Source: a virus
Lineage: Duplodnaviria; Caudoviricetes
Virus record (IMG/VR): IMGVR_UViG_3300032234_001062
Coordinates: 1-64,000 of that record
DNA length: 64,000 nucleotides
Direction: 5' to 3' (one strand)
The notes below the pieces were generated by a model. The model saw only the letters and a list, made by a program, of their open reading frames with translations. It was not told the DNA's origin and did no database searches. Shown one piece after another: positions 18,603 to 26,419 of the stretch (its first letter is position 1; each line of letters starts with the position of its first letter). The position numbers and the translations under genes were made by a program.

Positions 18603-19520
18603 TTAATTATATTTTTCTATAGCATATAAAACTTTTTCTGGAGATGGGAATTTAACTTCTTGATTACTTTCACCAAAAGGTCTACAATATGCCATTGTAT
18701 CTTCATTTTTTTCTACTAAATTATGATGTATAGAATATCCAAAATGTTCTGGTTTAGTATCTCCCCAAATAACGATTGCTGATTTAACACCAGCAGACAT
18801 ATGTTGAAGAGAAGAATCTATGCAAATAATATAATCAGCATATTGTGATAACCAATAATAGTTTTTATAGTGAACCGCTGGTTGCATTGTTGCAACCATT
18901 TTACCTATTTCATAAGGAATTGGTTCATTCATTAATCCATATCTAATAATTGTATGTTCTGGAAAACGATCTTTAATTTTTTTAATGAGTTGAACATAAT
19001 AATCAAATGGATAATGTCTCTTAGATCCTTCATTAAAAAATGAAAACTCTTGCGCTCCATTTTGTTCAAAATTATGAGGACTTTGACCACCATTTAATTG
19101 AATTAAAATAAATTTATTATTAGTTGATTCTTTAATTTCATTAACGACTTTATCTACATTAAATTTTTCATTTTCACTCATAAAAATTTCTGGTTTTAAA
19201 TTCATACCATTTTTAATCTCAACTTCACATAATTCTCCCCAAATTTCTAGAAGATGTTTTTCTTTTTTTATAAAAGATTGAACATCGTATGGATCAGTCA
19301 TAACTATTTTAGTTGAATCTTTAAGAATTATGTTCTTATAAAAATTTTTATCCATTATAGGGTTTATTTTAGTAATGTAAGGATTACCTAAATAAAGATC
19401 AGCATAAGGAGTAGTAATATAAATATTCTGATATTTTTCTTTTATTAAAGGAAGTAAGGATGTAAAAGATATATGTTTTCCAACACCACCATTAAGTTGT
19501 ATAATAATATTGTTTTCCAT
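18603..19520 (-). CDS. GT-B glycosyltransferase, GT9 (heptosyltransferase)-like
   Basis: N-terminal IQLNGGVGKHISFTSLL…LYLGNPYI; C-terminal ADYIICIDSSLQHMSAG…IVIWGDTKPEHFGY. Confidence 0.78.
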   Translation of the reverse strand: MENNIIIQLNGGVGKHISFTSLLPLIKEKYQNIYITTPYADLYLGNPYITKINPIMDKNFYKNIILKDSTKIVMTDPYDVQSFIKKEKHLLEIWGELCEVEIKNGMNLKPEIFMSENEKFNVDKVVNEIKESTNNKFILIQLNGGQSPHNFEQNGAQEFSFFNEGSKRHYPFDYYVQLIKKIKDRFPEHTIIRYGLMNEPIPYEIGKMVATMQPAVHYKNYYWLSQYADYIICIDSSLQHMSAGVKSAIVIWGDTKPEHFGYSIHHNLVEKNEDTMAYCRPFGESNQEVKFPSPEKVLYAIEKYN

Positions 19521-19576
19521 AATATTATTTTATAAAAAAATAGTGTGATTTAAATAATTATATAAAAATTAAAATT

Positions 19577-21949
19577 TTATTCAATTATTAAAGGAGTTGT
19601 TGCTGGTACTCCAGTTCCAATAAAATTTCCTAAATCAAATGGAGGTGTTCCACCATTACTACTCCAATTAGAGTATGTAGAACCATCAGTTGAATAAACT
19701 AATGAACTCCTTAAGTAAGTAACTCCATTCCAAATTATTCGTTTAAAACTAGCATTGTCATTATTACTTGCTGAATAAGATATGGTCATTCCTATACCAT
19801 AAAAAGTTGCTCCATAACTATCAACAGAAGCAATAACTGCTTTAACGATTCCGTTTCTAAAAGTAGAAGAAGCTAAACTACCACCAGAAGAAGTAGCAGA
19901 ATCATCAAAACCGACAAATCCGTAACCTTCACCATCTATGTCACCACCAAGAGTCATAATTGTATTAAGTATGACTATTCTAATCCTTATTGTTGTTGAT
20001 GTACTACCAATGTTATTTGTTGCTGTTACTGTATAATTTACATCACTAGTTGTTGAAGGAGTAGTTCCACTTATTACACCAGTTGATGTATTAAAATTTA
20101 AACCTGATGGTAAAGTAGAAGAAATTGAATATGTTAAAGTTCCAGTTCCAACATTTAATAAAGTTGGTGTATAATTTACTGTTGAAGAAATTCTTGGAGT
20201 TACATAATCAGATGAATAAAACAATCCTGATGGAGGTGATAAATTTTCTGCGGTTGGCCATGATACTGCTGATGTAATTACATAAGTATTATATGGATAT
20301 ATACAATTAAAAGTATTATTAGATGATATTTGTGTTGGTTGAAGTTTATTTATAATTGTTCCATCTCCTAAATAACCAAAATTATTAAGACCCCATCCAT
20401 ATATTTTATAATTATCTCTTATTCCTAAAGCATAACATCCACAACTCTGAGTTGTTATACATGTATATTTATAATCACAACATACTAATGATGGAGTATT
20501 TTGATTGGTAGTATTACCATTTCCTAATATTCCACAGCAATTACAACCCCAACCAACTAATCTAGAATCAGATTTTCTTATTGCTAAAACTGTAGATGGT
20601 GATGTTAAAAAAGTTATCCTTGAATTACTATTACTTGTAATATCTATATATTCTCCACCACAAACTTTAACTGGAATACAAGAGTGTGTACCTGACGAAC
20701 TTATTCCTAATTGTCCTACCGTATTATCTCCCCAAGAATATAAAGACCCATCTGATAATAATCCAAAACCATTACAGTTAGATATTATAAGTTTACAAAA
20801 ATTATATCCACCAGAAATTAAAGTTGGTGAACAGCTACCAGTTAATTGACCATTTCCTAATTTTCCACAAGTATTACTACCCCAACTATAAAATTTATTA
20901 TCAGAAGTTACAGCATAAGAACTAAAATTTATACTTAAAGCATCAGTAAATAAGCAAGTTGAGCAGACAAGTGATGGAGTATATATATATTGACTAGCAG
21001 AACAATTTCCTATTGTTCCTAATCCATTAGTTCCCCAAGCATATAATCTGTTATTACTATCAATAATATAATTAACTATATTTGCATTAAAAATATTAAG
21101 GTTTGGAATAAATTTACAAACATTTAACGCTGTTATTAAACAAGGAGTTGCTCTAACGCCAGTTCCACCATCTCCTAATAATCCAAATCCAGACACAGAT
21201 GAATTATCTCCCCATCCATATAATTGTCCAGTAGTTGTTAAAGCCCAAGCAACATCTCCACCTATCCAAGCACATCTAAAATTTAATGATGGACATATAC
21301 TTATTGGAACACAAGAAGAAGTCGTCGTCCCATTCCCTAAAAGACGAGTTCCATTATATCCCCATCCATACAATTTATTAGTTGTAGTTATACCTAAATT
21401 AGTTGCATTAAGAGTTCCCCCAATAGTGACGAAAGAATATAAAAAATTACAACACACAGCAACAGGAATACACTTATTTATTAAAGATGTATTTCCAGAT
21501 TCATTATTTCCTAATTGACCATAATCATTAGAACCCCAAGAAAATAAAGTATTATTATTTGTTATTCCAATAACATGAGAGGAGGCTCCATTATTATTTA
21601 TAATACATTTAAAAAAATTTCCACCACAAACTAGCGATGGTAGACATGAAAAAGAAGTTTGACTATTTGTACCTAATTGATTTTTAACATTTCCCCAAGC
21701 TAAGTTCTTATCAGTTATAGACTTACTTCTTTTTGCTAATACAAAGTTTTCATTATTTAATCTTATATTTAAATCACTAGATTGTTCATGTGTATTATTA
21801 GATAATAAACCTATATATCTATCTCTATTATTATACCTAATATTTATTCTATTCGTTTGAGATATTCCCGGACCATTTAATTCACTAACATCATCATAAT
21901 ATTGGATTTCAGAGCAATTTATACTATTTTTTCTATAATTAAGTGGCAT
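19577..21949 (-). CDS. Putative RBP: Cys-rich RCC1/BLIP-II-type beta-propeller plus He_PIG-like Ig plus tip domain
   Basis: 8 clear and 1 degenerate WGxNxxGxLG repeats; LPSGLNFNTSTGVISGTTP; 30 Cys counted. Confidence 0.8.
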   Translation of the reverse strand: MPLNYRKNSINCSEIQYYDDVSELNGPGISQTNRINIRYNNRDRYIGLLSNNTHEQSSDLNIRLNNENFVLAKRSKSITDKNLAWGNVKNQLGTNSQTSFSCLPSLVCGGNFFKCIINNNGASSHVIGITNNNTLFSWGSNDYGQLGNNESGNTSLINKCIPVAVCCNFLYSFVTIGGTLNATNLGITTTNKLYGWGYNGTRLLGNGTTTSSCVPISICPSLNFRCAWIGGDVAWALTTTGQLYGWGDNSSVSGFGLLGDGGTGVRATPCLITALNVCKFIPNLNIFNANIVNYIIDSNNRLYAWGTNGLGTIGNCSASQYIYTPSLVCSTCLFTDALSINFSSYAVTSDNKFYSWGSNTCGKLGNGQLTGSCSPTLISGGYNFCKLIISNCNGFGLLSDGSLYSWGDNTVGQLGISSSGTHSCIPVKVCGGEYIDITSNSNSRITFLTSPSTVLAIRKSDSRLVGWGCNCCGILGNGNTTNQNTPSLVCCDYKYTCITTQSCGCYALGIRDNYKIYGWGLNNFGYLGDGTIINKLQPTQISSNNTFNCIYPYNTYVITSAVSWPTAENLSPPSGLFYSSDYVTPRISSTVNYTPTLLNVGTGTLTYSISSTLPSGLNFNTSTGVISGTTPSTTSDVNYTVTATNNIGSTSTTIRIRIVILNTIMTLGGDIDGEGYGFVGFDDSATSSGGSLASSTFRNGIVKAVIASVDSYGATFYGIGMTISYSASNNDNASFKRIIWNGVTYLRSSLVYSTDGSTYSNWSSNGGTPPFDLGNFIGTGVPATTPLIIE

Positions 21950-21950
21950 T

Positions 21951-22220
21951 TTATGTTAACCATATTGATCCATTGTTCATGTTAGTACCAGAACTTAATG
22001 GTATCGAAATAGTATTTGTAAATCTTACATTGCCATTAAAAGTATTAACATTATTAAATGTTCCTGAACTATTAAAAGTACTTGTTCCATTAGATACATT
22101 ATTATTATTAAAAATAACAGAATTATTAAAAGTTGATTGTTCATTAAAAATTATTTCTTTTAATACAGAATAATTTCCACTTGAGTTTAAATTTATTCCT
22201 CTAGATATTGATATTGGCAT
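21951..22220 (-). CDS. Short fibre-shaft-like protein
   Basis: xxTFNN/xxIFNN hexamer repeats ending ISIP…NGSIWLT. Confidence 0.45.
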   Translation of the reverse strand: MPISISRGINLNSSGNYSVLKEIIFNEQSTFNNSVIFNNNNVSNGTSTFNSSGTFNNVNTFNGNVRFTNTISIPLSSGTNMNNGSIWLT

Positions 22221-23405
22221 TTATATTTCCTTATATATCCTTAGATTAACAGTATTTAGAGTTTTATTTTGAAAATAAACTAAATTATCTAATTTTAAAT
22301 AAACATTTAATTTATTATTTGAGTTTTGCATTATAGTAACATCATCACTATTCGTATCAACTCTAACTAATGGTTCATTTAAACCATTATTTTTTAAAGA
22401 TATAGTTCCGCTTATTGTTGGATTACTGATGTCAAAAAAACGATATTGAGCAGAATCTTGAGTAAGAAATAATGATAATAAAGATATTTCACTATTAATT
22501 GTTAAAGAGTATTCTTTTCGAGTAGAATATAGATCATAACCAGTAAAAACATATTGTTTGAGATATTGAATTGTAACTTTAGAATTTAAAGGTGGAAAAC
22601 CAGAAAAAGTAACTACATTATTATTAAGAGTAAAAGCATCTCCAGGTATTTGAAAAAGACCATTAATAAAAACAGTAGTAGTATCTATAGATGTTGGTAT
22701 TTGTGCTAATGTATATATATTTTGAGATCCAGTACCAGTAAAAGTTTCTCTTATAATACTTTGATTTGTTTGAATTTTATCATCAGAAAACATTAAATTA
22801 ATAAAAGCTTTAGTTCTTGAGACTGCTGTGAATAATTTAATGCTAGTTGTAAAATTAACTATTTTGCCACTATTATTAGATGAAAGATAATAATTTTGTC
22901 CAGGAACTAATCCACTATAAGATTCACTATAATCTTTAAGTGAATTCCAATTACTTAATGATAAATTTAATTCTCCTACTTTAATTGCTGTATAACTATT
23001 AGGAGTAGCACTTTGTTTTTTACTGATTATATATTGAGCAAAACTTTCACCTAAATTTCCATTACCTAATTCGTAATCATAAAAATTAACAGTTCCAGAT
23101 GCTACAGAAGAAGTGTTAATTGATGGTACTGATATATTTAATCCACTTGATGAAATAGTAGACATATAATTATTAGATGGAACATTAATATCTGAAAAAT
23201 TAAAATATAGATTTCTTGTTGTTAATCCAGATATTCCAGAAGCTGATATAATCGTTGCTGTTTTATTACCTGAGGTTCCAGCTAAGGTATAATTACCAAA
23301 ACCAATCTGTTTATAATAAATTGGTGATCCTATTGCAAAATCTTGAGAAGAAATAAATCTTATCGTTGATCCTGAATTATTAGTATTAACAAATTTTAAA
23401 GCCAA
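22221..23405 (-). CDS. Tail/fibre-associated structural protein
   Basis: TTG start; FTGTGSQNIYTL…VFINGLFQIPGDAFTL…TFSGFPP repeat type common in large-phage tail proteins; shared C-terminal module. Confidence 0.5.
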   Translation of the reverse strand: MALKFVNTNNSGSTIRFISSQDFAIGSPIYYKQIGFGNYTLAGTSGNKTATIISASGISGLTTRNLYFNFSDINVPSNNYMSTISSSGLNISVPSINTSSVASGTVNFYDYELGNGNLGESFAQYIISKKQSATPNSYTAIKVGELNLSLSNWNSLKDYSESYSGLVPGQNYYLSSNNSGKIVNFTTSIKLFTAVSRTKAFINLMFSDDKIQTNQSIIRETFTGTGSQNIYTLAQIPTSIDTTTVFINGLFQIPGDAFTLNNNVVTFSGFPPLNSKVTIQYLKQYVFTGYDLYSTRKEYSLTINSEISLLSLFLTQDSAQYRFFDISNPTISGTISLKNNGLNEPLVRVDTNSDDVTIMQNSNNKLNVYLKLDNLVYFQNKTLNTVNLRIYKEI

Positions 23406-23409
23406 TGTT

Positions 23410-24150
23410 TTATCCTATTAACATCCAAGTATTATCGTAAAAATATATTTCTTTATTACTAGATATATTTACAGATCCTGAGACGTTATTTATTAAAAAA
23501 TTATTAGATGTTATATTCACAGTTCCAGATGAAATTAAATTAAGTTTAATTTTATCTGAATTTTTAGCATTATTTGGAAGGGTTAAATTTATTGAATTAA
23601 TATTATTTATTAATAAATTATCATTAATTTTTAAATTTCTATTTCCATTAATTAATCTAGGTGAATCATCAAATGAAATATAAGATGAATTATCTCCTGT
23701 TCCACAATACCCAGTTGTTCCAGAACAATAAGGAAATAAAAGATTAATGCTATCAAAATTAGTATTTAATGTTATAAAATTAGAATAATAATTTATATTA
23801 TTAGAAATTATTACTCCAGATGCAAAAGTTCCATCTGGTTTATCACTGAATCTTAATGTTAATGATTTTTGTGCAAGATCAGTACAATCAAAATAATATT
23901 TTTGATTTTTTTCTAAATTAAATGTTATTTGACCATCATTTCCGAGTTTAAGATCATTAAAATAAAAATTAGTTCCACTAGCAGTAACATTTATTTTTTT
24001 ATATGAATCATATTCCCAAGTGTTTTGATTATTATTAGAAGTTAATGTTTGTCCAAATGGAATTGCATTTGGAATTTTATTTTTTAAAATATTAATTTCA
24101 TTATCTTGAGATGTATCTTTAGTGTTTAAATTAGTAAATTGGAAACTCAT
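23410..24150 (-). CDS. Tail-associated structural protein
   Basis: In the tail cluster; YYFDCTD…LRFSDKPDG and INLTLPNNA…IKL motifs recall phage tail proteins. Confidence 0.45.
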   Translation of the reverse strand: MSFQFTNLNTKDTSQDNEINILKNKIPNAIPFGQTLTSNNNQNTWEYDSYKKINVTASGTNFYFNDLKLGNDGQITFNLEKNQKYYFDCTDLAQKSLTLRFSDKPDGTFASGVIISNNINYYSNFITLNTNFDSINLLFPYCSGTTGYCGTGDNSSYISFDDSPRLINGNRNLKINDNLLINNINSINLTLPNNAKNSDKIKLNLISSGTVNITSNNFLINNVSGSVNISSNKEIYFYDNTWMLIG

Positions 24151-25454
24151 TTAATTTTTTTCCTAAATATAATTATTTTTTTAGTACTTCCTAGATTATT
24201 CTTCATTTTTAAATTGTTTCCATCCATAAAAAAACAAAGACCACCACTAGAATCAGAATCTAAAATTATATCAGAAGAAGTTTCTATTAATGCATCTACT
24301 GGTGTTGATTGATAAATATATCCACTAAAAATAGTTAGATTAGAATCATCTTGAATAAAACCATCTAATCTATATGAATAACCTTCATTTAAATTAACAG
24401 ATGATCCATTAGTTAATTCATAAACTTTTCTTTCATTAAATCTTTCATATTCATGATCGTTAAATAAAAATATAGTTGTAGTTGATAAAGCAGTAAATAA
24501 TTTTCTATTATTAGTTCCTAATAAATTTGTAAATTTTCCAGGAACTGATGAACTATCAGTTAAATAATATGTTGTTCCTTCTACAATTGGACTTCCATTA
24601 AAAGTTAATCCATCTGGAAATTCTAATAATCCAAAAAAAGCAATTTTAATTTTATTTCCAGCTGAACTTGTTATAATTCCTAACATATCTAAACTAAAAT
24701 TATTAGAATATGCTAATTTCCAATATTTATCTGTAGTATCATAATATGTAAAATCACCGACTGAAAATGGATTAGAATTTCCTGGATAATTAGATAAAGA
24801 AATAGTAACATCTAATTGATAAACTCCGCCTCCACCTCCACTTCCTGAAAAACTTAAAGTCGACCAAGCTCCAGAAGGTGTTTCATTATTTGTTATTATT
24901 AATCCTAGACTTGCAGCAGAAGCAACTGTAAAATATGATAATGAATTATTATATCTATAAACTCTAACTGGAACATTACTTCCATTAATAAATAAAAATT
25001 GTCTTCCAATCGTTAAATTTTCAGCATCTGGTAAAACTACTGATATAAAACTTCCAATAGATTCACCTTCAAAATATATTGAATTTGATGTTTCTACAGT
25101 TAAATTAGTTGTTTCAGCAGTAGAAACATCAATTTTTAAAAAATTAGCTGTATCAGCAATTTTAATAAAATTTGATGAATCATTTGAAAAAGAAGCTGAT
25201 GTAGTTAATGTATTCTTTGAATACCAAATTGAGTCATTATATAAAAATAATTCTCGATCACCAATTAATAATCCAGTACTCCATGTTCTTAATCGTAATG
25301 ACTCTCGTAATGATTCTGAACTGGCTCTTTGCCATCCAGTTCCAAAATTTCTAAAATGTAATACTCCATCAATCGAACGTAATTCAATTTTTTTCTCACC
25401 AACTCCTAAAGAAAAAATTTCAGAATTAGTTCCTAATACATCTAATAATTTCAT
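24147..25454 (-). CDS. Tail/fibre-base structural protein, paralog of 25455..26393
   Basis: N-terminus GTNSEIFSLGVG…LRSIDGVLHFRNFG mirrors the neighbouring gene; shared C-terminal module. Confidence 0.5.
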   Translation of the reverse strand: MKLLDVLGTNSEIFSLGVGEKKIELRSIDGVLHFRNFGTGWQRASSESLRESLRLRTWSTGLLIGDRELFLYNDSIWYSKNTLTTSASFSNDSSNFIKIADTANFLKIDVSTAETTNLTVETSNSIYFEGESIGSFISVVLPDAENLTIGRQFLFINGSNVPVRVYRYNNSLSYFTVASAASLGLIITNNETPSGAWSTLSFSGSGGGGGVYQLDVTISLSNYPGNSNPFSVGDFTYYDTTDKYWKLAYSNNFSLDMLGIITSSAGNKIKIAFFGLLEFPDGLTFNGSPIVEGTTYYLTDSSSVPGKFTNLLGTNNRKLFTALSTTTIFLFNDHEYERFNERKVYELTNGSSVNLNEGYSYRLDGFIQDDSNLTIFSGYIYQSTPVDALIETSSDIILDSDSSGGLCFFMDGNNLKMKNNLGSTKKIIIFRKKIK

Positions 25455-26393
25455 TTAACTTCCTTGCTGATATAAATTATGAAAAATAATTTCTCGATTA
25501 ATACCAGTATTATTTTTTATATATAAATCATTATTAATATTAAAAAAACAAAAACGCTGTGGTGAGTCTCCACTGACTATTTGATCACTAAAAGTTATAA
25601 TTTTACAAGAATTTCCACCAGTGGTCCAAAAAATATCTCCATTTAATCCAGAATCTCTTGAATCAAAAAAAGAATATTTACCTGATTTATCTATTAAAAA
25701 AATTCCACTTGCTCCAATAAATTTATATTGTTGATTATTTTGAAATGTAATTTTTCTAACATCTAATCCAAAATTAATTATATCTGTTGAAATTGAAAGA
25801 CTAGTCCAAAAATCAGCATTACTATAATCTAATAAAACAATAATTTTATTATCATTTGGATTTAATTCTGTAATTAAAAAATTATTATTGCTATAAACAC
25901 TTATTTTCTTGGGTGAATTATTTTGTAATAAGTATTGCGATCCTATTCCTATAGATGTTGGATCAGGCATTTTAACTGTAAAGCCACCAATTCCAGTTCC
26001 ATATAAATGAATAAAATTAGATGATAAAATATTTAATTCATATAAATTATTAGTATAAGCATCTACATTAATTTTAGTTAAATTATTAATATTTGAAATT
26101 CTACGATAATAATTATTACTATAAATAAAATTATTTCCAGAAGTATGATTTCCTATTACTTGAAAAAGACTTTGATTATAATAAATTAAGTCACCTACAC
26201 TATAATAATTACTAGGAGCCCAATTTATTGGTGAAAGAGTAATATCAGCATCATTAGATAATAATTCTTTAAAAGTATCACCAAAATTTCTAAAATATAA
26301 TTTTCCTTCTATTACTCTTAAATCAACCGCATTAGTTCCTTCACCTATTCTAAAAACTTCTGAAGTTGTACCACTTATATTTATACTTTTCAT
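25455..26393 (-). CDS. Tail/fibre-base structural protein with a CBM5/12-like short motif
   Basis: GTTSEVFRIGEG…LRVIEGKLYFRNFG; NWAPSNYYSVGDLIYYNQSLFQVIGNHTS resembles the CBM5/12 pattern. Confidence 0.5.
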   Translation of the reverse strand: MKSINISGTTSEVFRIGEGTNAVDLRVIEGKLYFRNFGDTFKELLSNDADITLSPINWAPSNYYSVGDLIYYNQSLFQVIGNHTSGNNFIYSNNYYRRISNINNLTKINVDAYTNNLYELNILSSNFIHLYGTGIGGFTVKMPDPTSIGIGSQYLLQNNSPKKISVYSNNNFLITELNPNDNKIIVLLDYSNADFWTSLSISTDIINFGLDVRKITFQNNQQYKFIGASGIFLIDKSGKYSFFDSRDSGLNGDIFWTTGGNSCKIITFSDQIVSGDSPQRFCFFNINNDLYIKNNTGINREIIFHNLYQQGS

Positions 26394-26419
26394 AATTATA
26401 ATATTTTTTGGATTTTATT

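Noticed and set aside
4324-21949. Invertible tail-fibre cassette/shufflon
   Set aside because: All RBP genes are full-length, co-oriented and have their own starts; no recombinase or inverted crossover sites were seen.
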